Source of the DNA: Candidatus Jordarchaeales archaeon
Lineage (GTDB): Archaea; Asgardarchaeota; Jordiarchaeia; Jordiarchaeales; Freyrarchaeaceae
Direction of reading: 5' to 3'
Length of the DNA: 32,000 nt
Assembly: GCA_038889235.1 (NCBI GenBank)
Contig: JAWAHN010000002.1
Location: 435,397-467,396 of the forward strand
The position numbers were made by a program, and so were the translations under genes. How positions within the stretch are numbered: the first letter of the stretch is position 1; each line of letters starts with the position of its first letter. Under the pieces are notes generated by a model, which saw only the letters and a list, made by a program, of their open reading frames with translations, had not been told where the DNA came from and searched no databases. Below, piece by piece: positions 1-8,927 of this stretch.

Positions 1-765
1 CTCTCTATCCCCGCTAGTTCCAACGTCTATCCTCCTGCTGCCTATAGCGTCTATTTCGTCGCAGAAGACAATGCTCGGCGCTTTTCTCTTAGCCAGCTGG
101 AAGACCTCTCTAACGATCCGCGCGCCTTCGCCTATGAACTTCTGGACCAGCTCTGAGCCAACTATCCTTATGAATGTGGCCTTGGTTTCGTGCGCCACCG
201 CCCTAGCCAGCAATGTCTTCCCCGTCCCCGGGGGACCGCATAGGAGCACCCCCTTTGGCGGTTCTATCCCGACTTCCTCAAATAGGTGCGGGTGTGTTAG
301 GGGGAGCTCTACGGTCTCCCTAACCTCTCTAATTTGCTCCTTCAACCCGCCTATGTCTGCATACGTCACCGGAGGCACTTCCTCTATTTCCATAGCCTTG
401 ACGAACGGGTCCTCGGGTGTGGGTAGAACTTCAACTATGGCGAACGTCTTTTGGCTTAGGGCGACGTGAGCCCCCGGAACAAGCTTCTCTCTTGGAATCT
501 CGCTCGAAGCGTAAACCACAAAGTTCGGCCCGGTGGAGCTCCTAACTATTACTCTGCCGTCCTCAAGGGTCTCGAGCACTGTGGCCGAGATAAGCGGGGG
601 CTGTTTAAGAGCCTCCAGCTCTCTTCTAAGCTGGATGACCTCCTGGTAGAGCCTCATCCTTTCAGCGTCTAGCTTGTAAAGTTTCCTTTCAATGTCCCGT
701 GCGTACGCAATTATATCTTCATACTTTCCCTCATAGCTTCCTTCGTTTTCGGTGGAACCAGGCAA
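1..765 (-). CDS. pan: Proteasome-activating nucleotidase (AAA+ ATPase), C-terminus truncated by the window edge
   Basis: Missing from the ORF track. Manual translation gives an N-terminal coiled coil ([20 protein letters not shown]), an OB region, Walker [22 protein letters not shown] and Walker [15 protein letters not shown] start at 765 with a GGGAGG RBS. Confidence 0.95.
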   Translation of the reverse strand, partial: MPGSTENEGSYEGKYEDIIAYARDIERKLYKLDAERMRLYQEVIQLRRELEALKQPPLISATVLETLEDGRVIVRSSTGPNFVVYASSEIPREKLVPGAHVALSQKTFAIVEVLPTPEDPFVKAMEIEEVPPVTYADIGGLKEQIREVRETVELPLTHPHLFEEVGIEPPKGVLLCGPPGTGKTLLARAVAHETKATFIRIVGSELVQKFIGEGARIVREVFQLAKRKAPSIVFCDEIDAIGSRRIDVGTSGDRE

Positions 766-953
766 AGCTACGACCTCCCTAGATAATAGAGAAAGTTATC
801 GGTAATTATACTTTCCGTTAAAACCCTGAGAGCTCACTTATCCAGCACGAAAACACTTCGGAATGTCACCTTATTAGTCTTATCTCTCAATCCCACCTCT
901 AAGCTAGGAAGTTTAATATTGCATTCTCTCTAGAATCCTTACTGGGGATCGAC

Positions 954-1442
954 TTGAACTGCGAAGTTTGCGGCCGCACTATACAGGGCTCACCCGTACA
1001 GGTGAACATAGAGGGCGCTGTCATGAACGTTTGCAGTGAGTGCGCCAGGTTTGGAACAACCCCTTCAACTTGGTCGCGCATTCCCAAGAAGGCGGTTAGG
1101 AGGGAGGTTCAAGTAGTAGAAGCCAGAAAGGAGCCGAAAAGGGCTGCGCCTCCCGCCACGCTCGTAGAAGAGGAGCTCATCGAGAACTACGGTGAAGTTA
1201 TAAGGTGCGCTAGAGAGAGGCTTGGCCTCTCACAGGAAGATCTTGCGAAGCTCGTCAAAGAGAAGCTTTCGGTTATAAAGAGGGTTGAAGCTGGGAGGAT
1301 GGAACCGCCTAAGCAGCTCGCCGAGAGACTTGAAAAAGTGCTGAAAATAAAGCTCTACACTTCGGAGTCAGTGGTAGCTCCTTCAAGGGCCGCGAAGAAG
1401 AAGGGGCTTACGCTTGGCGACGTCGTCCAATTGAAGGAATGA
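954..1442 (+). CDS. mbf1: Archaeal multiprotein bridging factor 1 (Zn ribbon + HTH)
   Basis: CEVCG...CSEC Zn ribbon and C-terminal HTH (ARERLGLSQEDLAKLVKEKLSVIKRVEAG); typical position next to pan. Confidence 0.9.
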   Translation: MNCEVCGRTIQGSPVQVNIEGAVMNVCSECARFGTTPSTWSRIPKKAVRREVQVVEARKEPKRAAPPATLVEEELIENYGEVIRCARERLGLSQEDLAKLVKEKLSVIKRVEAGRMEPPKQLAERLEKVLKIKLYTSESVVAPSRAAKKKGLTLGDVVQLKE

Positions 1443-1509
1443 AAGTTCACCAGTCAAATAGGCAAATACTTTCTTCGAAGTAGAAGAATTTCTGGGAGGA
1501 CTTTCAGTC

Positions 1510-2106
1510 TTGTCTGAGCCCAGAGTAGTCGTTTTGAGGTTGGGTCACAGGCCTGTGAGAGACGAGAGGGTTTCAACCCACCTGGCACTTGTGGCTAGGG
1601 CGTTCGGTGCTTCAGAGGTGATCTTCCCGGGTGAAAAGGACGCTGCTATCTGTAGAAAGGTTGAGGACGTAGTCGCCCGCTTCGGGGGGAACTTTAAGAT
1701 TAGCTTTGGAGGGAACTGGCGGGATATAATGAGGGACTGGACGTCGAAAGGAGGATTAATAGTGCACTTAACTATGTATGGCGTCCCCCTCCCCGAGGTG
1801 ATAGAAGAAATAAGGTCTCGTGGAAGGGACGTCATGGTGGTTGTAGGGGGCGCCAAGGTCCCGCGCGAGGTATACCAAATAGCCCACTACAACGTTTCAA
1901 TCACCAATCAGCCTCACTCGGAAATTGCGGCCTTAGCAGTCTTCCTCCACTACTGGATGAAGGGCAGAGAGTTCTACTTAGAGTTTCCGAACGCCAAAAT
2001 CAAAATCATTCCGTCCCCGTCGGGGAAGAAGGTGGTGCTAGTTAAGGACGGCGAGTCAGCTGTGCCCGAGGGTGTACTAGAAGAAGATGAGCCAGAAGAA
2101 GTTTAA
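1510..2106 (+). CDS. trm56: tRNA (cytidine(56)-2'-O)-methyltransferase aTrm56 (SPOUT)
   Basis: VLRLGHRPVRDERVSTH, HLTMYG, VVGGAKVP and NQPHSEIAALA signature motifs. Confidence 0.93.
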   Translation: MSEPRVVVLRLGHRPVRDERVSTHLALVARAFGASEVIFPGEKDAAICRKVEDVVARFGGNFKISFGGNWRDIMRDWTSKGGLIVHLTMYGVPLPEVIEEIRSRGRDVMVVVGGAKVPREVYQIAHYNVSITNQPHSEIAALAVFLHYWMKGREFYLEFPNAKIKIIPSPSGKKVVLVKDGESAVPEGVLEEDEPEEV

Positions 2107-2127
2107 GCGCCTAAAACTAGCCCCTTT

Positions 2128-2937
2128 TTAGCTTTCACTGGTTGGATTTTCAGTCTCTGGCTGCGCTGAGGAAATTATCTTTCTGACCTCTTCCGGTATG
2201 AATGCTCTCAGAGTGGCGTTCCTGAGGTAGTCCCCCACCTCCGCTATTATCCCAGGTGCGTCGGTGCCGTACTTGCAGACTATTGCATGCTCCATTAATC
2301 CCAGGCGCTCTATAGCCACTATGTCTCTCAGGTGCCCCGATTTGATTATCGCGCGCCTAACTTGCTGTCTAGTTGCGCCGCAGACGACGACGCGGTCAAA
2401 CTTGCTTTTAACCCACTCGTTCAGCCTTTCAATTTCCCTTTCGCTCAGCTCGGCTTCTATCTTGTTCCTCGCAGGGTCTACCTTAACCACTTTGACTTCA
2501 ACAGGAAGGTTTTCGACGAAGCAGAATGCTCTGGCGATCATTCTCAATGGAACCTTCCGATCCCCAACCAGTTGCTTCCTCAGCTTGTAGAGAGGTACTA
2601 AGGCGTCCTTCGGGGCTGGGTGCACAACCCCTATGTCCACGTAGAACCCGTAGCCGTAGTATAACGGGTTTACAACGTGACCCCTGTACACCCCTCCCTC
2701 CTTCAGCTCGCTTAAACTACGAGTGCACCCGTAGCGTTGAGCTAGAAAGTTTTTGGCGGCCTCCTCGTCCTCCCCTTCAAGCGTAACCACGAGTCTTCCC
2801 TTGTCATCTAGAGAAATCTCTTTAATCGCCACATTTAGCTCTGAGAAGTCTTTCTTCAGAAGCATGCGAGCGGATTTAAGCCCGTCCTCTACGTCCGCCC
2901 CGTACACTCTTTCAAGAAGCGTTATCTTGCACGTCAT
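2128..2937 (-). CDS. DUF2110 family protein
   Basis: Family-like motifs (GYGFYVDIG, RLGLMEHAIVCKYGTDAPGII); conserved location in the tfe-HD-DUF2110 cluster; ATGA overlap with the HD gene. Confidence 0.75.
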   Translation of the reverse strand: MTCKITLLERVYGADVEDGLKSARMLLKKDFSELNVAIKEISLDDKGRLVVTLEGEDEEAAKNFLAQRYGCTRSLSELKEGGVYRGHVVNPLYYGYGFYVDIGVVHPAPKDALVPLYKLRKQLVGDRKVPLRMIARAFCFVENLPVEVKVVKVDPARNKIEAELSEREIERLNEWVKSKFDRVVVCGATRQQVRRAIIKSGHLRDIVAIERLGLMEHAIVCKYGTDAPGIIAEVGDYLRNATLRAFIPEEVRKIISSAQPETENPTSES

Positions 2938-3464
2938 GGGTCAACAAGTTCCTCTATTTCTTTATGAAGCTTTTTAAGCCGCTCGATGGCTGGCGCGTTT
3001 TCTCCGAGCTCCCTCTTAAACCTCTCAAGGACATCCTCAATCGTGACGTAGTTTTTTCCAAAAGTGAGGTTGTCAGCGTGAGCAACTATCTTCTCTTCGA
3101 AAGTTAAAGGTAGGTAGTCTTTTGGGGGAAGGCCAAGCGCCTCCGCCTCATCTCTAGTTATACCCGCACCCACATGTCTCTCAACTATCAAAGCCAACTC
3201 CTCGGGGAGCCCAAGGCTCCTAACTATTTCCGCACCAACTACGCCGTGGCTGACATTGTGTGTTTTCGAGCGCCCTATATCGTGGAGGAGCCCTCCAGCC
3301 TCCACTAATTGAATGTCTATATTCTTCCCTTTCTTAGACGCTTTTTCAGCGAGTTGACGCGCATAATCCGACACGGCAATACAGTGCTCAATAACGTTCC
3401 TTGGCGTTCCAACATTCTCTAAGATCTTAAGACACTCCTCTCTAGTAGGGACTCCGTGTGGCAT
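2934..3464 (-). CDS. HD-domain phosphohydrolase (TIGR00295/HDIG-like)
   Basis: EHC...LLHDIGRSKTH...HG...ERHVGAG...HADN motifs. Confidence 0.88.
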   Translation of the reverse strand: MPHGVPTREECLKILENVGTPRNVIEHCIAVSDYARQLAEKASKKGKNIDIQLVEAGGLLHDIGRSKTHNVSHGVVGAEIVRSLGLPEELALIVERHVGAGITRDEAEALGLPPKDYLPLTFEEKIVAHADNLTFGKNYVTIEDVLERFKRELGENAPAIERLKKLHKEIEELVDP

Positions 3465-4003
3465 TTTTCAAGCTCCTTAAGCTCTTCTTCAAGCTCTCGG
3501 AGCTTCTCCTCTAACACCCTGATGCTCTTGCTATTATCCTGGTATTTTAGTTCTTCGCCGCAGCTCGGACACTTAAACTCGGTCTCCATAGCCTCATCGA
3601 ACGTCAAACGCTGGCAGTTCTGATTCCCACAGTGGAACAGCATGTTCTCTTTTTCAAACTTCAGCCTCTCACTCAGCTTAGAGTAAACCTCTCTTTTCCT
3701 CCTGATAACGGCTTCTATAATCTTGTCGCGCCTTACCTTCCAGTAGTAAATGAACCACCCGGTGTTCGTGTCCCTTGTACGCCTGTACGATGCAAGCCTC
3801 TCCTCGTACAACCTGTACAATATCTTTCTAACAACGTTAAGTTGCATGTCAAGCTTGCTTGCAATCTCCTCATCAGTAACTTCCTTGTTACTTTCGAAGA
3901 GAACCTTAACAACCATGTAGGCGCTTTCACCGCCTATGTCTTCAACAATAGCTTTGAGAAACTCCTCACTGCATGTTTTCTGGGAAGACAACAAGACGTC
4001 CAC
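3419..4003 (-). CDS. tfe: Transcription factor E (TFE alpha)
   Basis: Winged helix (TDEEIASKLDMQLNVVRKILYRLYE...TGWFIYYW) and Zn ribbon (C..C...FKCPSCG). Exact start uncertain. Confidence 0.93.
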   Translation of the reverse strand: MDVLLSSQKTCSEEFLKAIVEDIGGESAYMVVKVLFESNKEVTDEEIASKLDMQLNVVRKILYRLYEERLASYRRTRDTNTGWFIYYWKVRRDKIIEAVIRRKREVYSKLSERLKFEKENMLFHCGNQNCQRLTFDEAMETEFKCPSCGEELKYQDNSKSIRVLEEKLRELEEELKELEKCHTESLLERSVLRS

Positions 4004-4290
4004 CGCCCCTCAACTTAAATAAGTAGGAGTATTCCCATTCTATATACGGGACATATAAAATTAAAAAGTTTTACTATTTTCATGTTTATGTTCAAAAACC
4101 AGCTAGAAAACATTAATATTCGCCTTCTCTCTTTATAGTTGAATGTTGACAAACCATCATCCACCATTCTCAGCCAGCATAGGCAGGTAACTATTAAGGC
4201 ATCGTTTAATTAATAAACTTTGTGGAATTATTTAAAAGTGTATTAGCTTCCCCTTAGTTGAGAAGTGAACGTGTACGGAAGGGAGTTACT

Positions 4291-4860
4291 TTGCCGGAAA
4301 AAATTCTGGATGACGTTGATAGGAAAATAATAGCGTTCCTGCGAAGGAACGGGAGGGCGAAGCTAGTCGACCTGAGCAAGGCTATAGGGTTCACTAGCAT
4401 GGGGGTCAAAAAGAGGGTTGCCAGACTCATAAATCGCGGCATTATCAGCGTGACCGTGGCGCTTAACAAGTCTACTTTGAACCTTGAACCAGCTTTCATC
4501 AGGGTTGCTGTCGACCCGCAGCGCTTAGGAGAATTCGTCGCCAGCTTCGAGGAGTGTCCTAGAACCATAATGCTCTTCGTGCGAAAGAACAGCGCCGTAG
4601 ACATTTCCATGCTGGTCTTCGGCGAGACCAGGGGTGCGCTCAACGGTTTGCTGAGCAAAGTTAGAGACCAGAGGGGGGTTATGGGAGCGGAGCTCCAGCC
4701 GTTAGATGAAATATACTATACCCCCTACCTCTCGCTAAGGGTTGAAAAAATGCTTGGAGACACCCCGCCATGTAGGGTGAACTGCTCCCTCTGCAGTTAC
4801 TACACTAAGTACGACTGTCCAGGGTGCCCCGTGTCGCCGGACTACAAAGGCCCACTGTAA
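4291..4860 (+). CDS. Lrp/AsnC-family regulator with C-terminal Cys cluster
   Basis: LDDVDRKIIAFLRRNGRAKLVDLSKAIG HTH; C-terminal CRVNCSLC...CPGCP. TTG at 4291 follows GGGAG; the alternative start is 4258. Confidence 0.8.
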   Translation: MPEKILDDVDRKIIAFLRRNGRAKLVDLSKAIGFTSMGVKKRVARLINRGIISVTVALNKSTLNLEPAFIRVAVDPQRLGEFVASFEECPRTIMLFVRKNSAVDISMLVFGETRGALNGLLSKVRDQRGVMGAELQPLDEIYYTPYLSLRVEKMLGDTPPCRVNCSLCSYYTKYDCPGCPVSPDYKGPL

Positions 4861-5007
4861 ATCCTCTAATGTTGGCGCAGTACACGGAGGCGGAGTGCTG
4901 GATAAGCTTCACCTGTTCCTCTCGCTTCCGCATGCAAACACCTAGACGGAAAACGATTTATTATGTGTGCGTGTGCTTAAGTTAGATGCTCTCCTTGGGA
5001 TGGTGGA

Positions 5008-5658
5008 GTGATGGAGGTTTGCAGTGGGATCTGGCTCATACCCGAGAGGTTCTTCTCCTCTAACGTTTACGTTATTGGGAGGGGCGAGCTGACTCTTGTG
5101 GACGCCGGCGGCCCTCACGCCGCGAGGAAGTACATTTTTAGGGAGATGCGGAGTGGCGGCTTTGACCCTCGAAGCGTCGGGAGAATAGTTATAACTCACG
5201 CGCACCCAGACCACTTCGGCGGTGTTCGAGAGTTTCTAGAGGTCTCCGAAGCCGAGGTTATCGTCCACGAAAACGACGCCCGCTTTCTAAGTATGGGCGG
5301 TGTTAGGCCAACGAAGTTGCTCCGCGGCGGCGAGGTTATTAAAGCTGAGGGGTGCGAGCTGAAGGTCATTCACACTCCTGGGCACTCTCCAGGAGCGGTT
5401 TGCCTTTACGATTCAAGCCGCAAAATACTCTTCTCCGGGGACACTGTTTTCGCGTACGGGATAGGCAGGTTCGACCTCCCGGGTGGAAGCTTAGAAGCGC
5501 TCATATCGTCTCTCGCGCTCCTCTCGAGACTGGATGTTGAAACCCTCCTTCCTGGGCATGGTGACGTGGTTCTCCGTGGCGCCGCCGGGAACATTAAGGA
5601 CAATTACCGTTACGCTCTCTCTTTCACAAATAGAGACAGCGCTGGGGGATTCCTTTGA
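5008..5658 (+). CDS. MBL-fold metallo-hydrolase (glyoxalase II-like)
   Basis: THAHPDH, HTPGHS, FSGD and PGHG metal ligands. Confidence 0.9.
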   Translation: MMEVCSGIWLIPERFFSSNVYVIGRGELTLVDAGGPHAARKYIFREMRSGGFDPRSVGRIVITHAHPDHFGGVREFLEVSEAEVIVHENDARFLSMGGVRPTKLLRGGEVIKAEGCELKVIHTPGHSPGAVCLYDSSRKILFSGDTVFAYGIGRFDLPGGSLEALISSLALLSRLDVETLLPGHGDVVLRGAAGNIKDNYRYALSFTNRDSAGGFL

Positions 5659-6608
5659 AAGCTCTGTTCTTCGACGGTGAAAATCTGAGCTACGTCGAGG
5701 ACTACCCCTTAGGGGAGGTTAAGCCAGGCTGGGCGCTTGTAGAGGTTAGGCTTGCAGGCATATGCAAGACAGACATAGAGATAACGCGGGGCTACATGTC
5801 CTTCAGAGGCGTGCTGGGACACGAGTTTGTTGGAGTGGTTAAGGAGGCGTCAAACCCCAGCTTGGTGGGCGAGCGTGTTGTATCTGAGATAAACATCCCA
5901 TGCTGGAGCTGCGAGCTCTGTAACAGCGGACTAGAAAGGCACTGCCCGAACAGGAGAGTTCTCGGGATATCTGGGATCGACGGGTGCTTCGCCGAGTTCG
6001 TCCTGACACACGAGAGGGTTCTCCACAGGGTTCCAGGGGGTGTCGGGGATGAGGAAGCCGTTTTCACCGAACCCCTAGCCGCCTGCCTCGAAATAGCATC
6101 GCAGCTCCACATTAAACCAGAATGGTCTGTATACATCCTTGGGGACGGGAGGCTCGGCCTTCTCGCATCCCAAGTCATGCGTCTTTACGGGTGCGAGACA
6201 GTTCTCATAGGAAAGCACCCGGAAAAGATGCGCGTGGCTGAAAGCCTAAAAATCGAAACTTTCCACTACACTAGCCCACCAAACAGGAAAGCTGACCTAG
6301 TCGTCGAGTGCACGGGACGCCCGGAAGGATTCGAGCTCGCAAAGAAGCTCGTAAAGCCAAGGGGTATCATAGTGGCTAAGAGCACTTTTCACGGAACGGC
6401 AGCCATCAACTACTCGTCCATCGTGGTGGACGAAGTTAGTGTTGTGGGTTCGAGGTGCGGTCCTTTCCCGCCAGCTCTCCGCCTGCTCTCCCAGAGGCTG
6501 GTAAACGTGAAGCCGCTTATAACAGACGTGTACCCGCTCGAGAAGGGATTGGACGCTTTCAGTCGGGCTGAGAGCAAAGAATCGATAAAAGTCCTCCTTA
6601 AACCCTGA
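5655..6608 (+). CDS. Zn-dependent alcohol dehydrogenase (MDR family)
   Basis: GICKTD, GHEFVG, structural Zn CxxCxxC...C, GDGRLG nucleotide-binding motif. Confidence 0.9.
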   Translation: MKALFFDGENLSYVEDYPLGEVKPGWALVEVRLAGICKTDIEITRGYMSFRGVLGHEFVGVVKEASNPSLVGERVVSEINIPCWSCELCNSGLERHCPNRRVLGISGIDGCFAEFVLTHERVLHRVPGGVGDEEAVFTEPLAACLEIASQLHIKPEWSVYILGDGRLGLLASQVMRLYGCETVLIGKHPEKMRVAESLKIETFHYTSPPNRKADLVVECTGRPEGFELAKKLVKPRGIIVAKSTFHGTAAINYSSIVVDEVSVVGSRCGPFPPALRLLSQRLVNVKPLITDVYPLEKGLDAFSRAESKESIKVLLKP

Positions 6609-6623
6609 CAGGGGGAAGCGCGC

Positions 6624-7322
6624 TTGAAGTTCAAGGTTCTTGTAACGGACGTTGATGGGACAATTACTGGGCCGGACACATCCCTACACCTTCCAGCCAT
6701 AGAGGTCATACGCAGGCTGGCGCAAAAAATCCCCGTAGTCTTATGCTCGGGGAACACGGCGTGCACTCTTTGGACCCTAAGTCTTTACGTGGGCTCTAAG
6801 GGACCCTTTATAGCTGAGAACGGCGGCGTAGTGGGCTCACCCTCATGGCAGCCTCCAATCCAGCTTCTCGCCTCCAAGGACGCACCGCTCAAGGCTCTCA
6901 ACGTTTTGAGGAGGAGGATGGGCGACAAGGTACAGGAAATCGACGGCCGGTTCCGGTTGACCGATGTGGCTCTCAGGAGAACAGTTGACGTTGACGGCAT
7001 AGTTTCTGTTCTGAGGGAGGAGGGAGTGAAAGTCAACGTTTTCGACTCAGGGTATGCCATACACCTTTGTGACCCGAACGTCAGCAAGGCGATCGGCGTC
7101 AAAATAGTTCTCAGCAGGCTGGGTCTAAGTGGTGAGGAAGCTGTGGCAATAGGGGATGGTGCGAACGACATCGATCTGCTCAAGTCGTGCGGCTACGGTG
7201 TGGCCCTCAAAAACGCACCGCGGTCGCTTAAAGAAATAGCGGACTACGTGACCGAAAAGCCGTATGGGGAAGGGTTCGTGGAAGCAGTCACAAAGGTATT
7301 CAAGCACCTCCTTCAACCTTGA
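6624..7322 (+). CDS. HAD phosphatase, archaeal phosphoglycolate phosphatase/SPP-like
   Basis: DVDGT motif I, SGN, SK, GDGANDID motif IV. Confidence 0.88.
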   Translation: MKFKVLVTDVDGTITGPDTSLHLPAIEVIRRLAQKIPVVLCSGNTACTLWTLSLYVGSKGPFIAENGGVVGSPSWQPPIQLLASKDAPLKALNVLRRRMGDKVQEIDGRFRLTDVALRRTVDVDGIVSVLREEGVKVNVFDSGYAIHLCDPNVSKAIGVKIVLSRLGLSGEEAVAIGDGANDIDLLKSCGYGVALKNAPRSLKEIADYVTEKPYGEGFVEAVTKVFKHLLQP

Positions 7323-7473
7323 GCAGCCTTCTCTGGAGCGCTAGAACCCACTTCTGTCAGCGATCGTGGAAAAGGGGAAAATTATATTACTTCGCTGGCA
7401 GAATTAAGATTTTGTACAGTTTTTCTGTGTTGTCCCCGTGCGGGGTACCTGCCCTTCTATCCGAGGTGAGGTA

Positions 7474-8790
7474 ATGGAGTTTGTTATTGTTAAGGCGGGA
7501 GAACGAGAGGGAGCGGCTTTTCTAAATCCTGAAGACGCGTCGTCGCTTGGCCTCCTAGATGGCACCGTGATAATTTTTGAGGACACTACGACGGGGAACT
7601 TTGGCGCTGCTCCAGTCTACACCGATAAAAGAATCGACAAGGGGAAAATCTATATAGATTCAACACTTGTTGAGTCGTGCGGCTTAGACGAGGGTTTCCC
7701 TGTCAAGATTGAGAAGTATAAGGGGAGGATCCACCCGGTTAGGGAGCTTGTCATAGGAATAGAACCTCTAGGAGACCAGAAGCCGGAAGATGTATTTAAA
7801 ATGGCACAGGAGAGGCGGAGCGAGCTGAAGAAACTCCTCGACAAGCGTGTGGTCTTTAAGAAGATGAAGATAAGGTGGAAGGAGCTCAACGCGAACATCT
7901 CCATAGAAGCAACTAAGCCAGACTTGACCGGTAGGGAGCTCGCCATAGTGAACTGGGCTGAGATGGAGAAAGCCGAAATAATCCCCATAGGGCCCGCCAT
8001 GCCGTTCAACGCAATACTCCTAATAGACATCTCTGGAAGCATGAGCACCAAGGACATGGAAGTGACGAACATAGCCCCAGCTAGGGAAGGTATAGTTAGC
8101 CTCCTAACCTCAGAGGACGTAGCCAGCTTTCTCGCAAAGTTCGAGGAAGGGGAAACTGTGAGGCGCAGGCACGGGGCAGCCTTCGCCGCCCTCCTATACC
8201 TGGCAGAGAAGGTCGGCAGAGGTTACGGTGAAAGGGTAGCCATAATAACCTACCACGACGAGGCTGAAATCTTGAAGTTCGACGGTAAAAACTACTTTGA
8301 TGCTACGACAGGCAACCTCGAAGAGGTCGCAGACCTGATAATAAAGAAGGTCGCGTACACAACTGGAGGATACACAAACTTCTCGGATGCTCTCAGAAAA
8401 GCCCTCACCCTCCTGAGAAACGAGTTCAAGGACACCAACACTATGATAGTCTTCCTGAGTGACGGCTTCCCACAAGGAACAGACAACGAGGAATCTGTCA
8501 GAAGCATTGTGGAGAAGGAGTTCGCGCGGATGCCCAACGTTGTGATATACACTGTAGGTATAGGTGGAGAGGTAAACGAGGTTCTAATGCAGCACATAGC
8601 CTCGGCGACGGGTGGCGTCTACTTCAAGGCATCAGACCTTGGAAAACTGCTGAGCTGGTACAGTGAGCTCGCAAGGACGTTTACGAAGTCAATACACCAG
8701 AAAGGGCGCCCGGCGCCCGAAGCACAAGTAGAAGAAGGCAAGGAAGAAGAAAAAGGAGAGGAGAAAAAAGAGAAGAAAAAGAAGAAGTAG
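7474..8790 (+). CDS. vWA-domain protein with CDC48/p97-N-like N-terminal region and Lys/Glu-rich tail
   Basis: MIDAS DISGS, GGYTNF, FLSDG. The N-terminal pattern LNPEDASSLGLLDG...IDSTLVESCGLDEG resembles a double-psi barrel. ATG at 7474 follows GAGGTGAGG. Confidence 0.75.
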   Translation: MEFVIVKAGEREGAAFLNPEDASSLGLLDGTVIIFEDTTTGNFGAAPVYTDKRIDKGKIYIDSTLVESCGLDEGFPVKIEKYKGRIHPVRELVIGIEPLGDQKPEDVFKMAQERRSELKKLLDKRVVFKKMKIRWKELNANISIEATKPDLTGRELAIVNWAEMEKAEIIPIGPAMPFNAILLIDISGSMSTKDMEVTNIAPAREGIVSLLTSEDVASFLAKFEEGETVRRRHGAAFAALLYLAEKVGRGYGERVAIITYHDEAEILKFDGKNYFDATTGNLEEVADLIIKKVAYTTGGYTNFSDALRKALTLLRNEFKDTNTMIVFLSDGFPQGTDNEESVRSIVEKEFARMPNVVIYTVGIGGEVNEVLMQHIASATGGVYFKASDLGKLLSWYSELARTFTKSIHQKGRPAPEAQVEEGKEEEKGEEKKEKKKKK

Positions 8791-8796
8791 TTGCAA

Positions 8797-8813
8797 CCTT
8801 CTCCCTGAGAAGG
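8797..8813 (+). terminator. Hairpin downstream of the vWA gene (possible terminator/processing stem)
   Basis: CCTTCTC-CCT-GAGAAGG, 7 nt after the stop codon; no clear T-tract. Confidence 0.3.
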
Positions 8814-8927
8814 GAAGCTGCCCCCTCTTAAAACCGGTGTGGAGCCGACGCAATGACTAGTAAAGATAAAAAATGTTAAATATAATATTGTTTAGAACTA
8901 CTGGAGACAGTTCCTTTGGTGGTTGTG

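Noticed and set aside
71-672. Plus-strand ORFs 71-469 and 466-672
   Set aside because: Shadow ORFs opposite pan, which the track missed because it is truncated.
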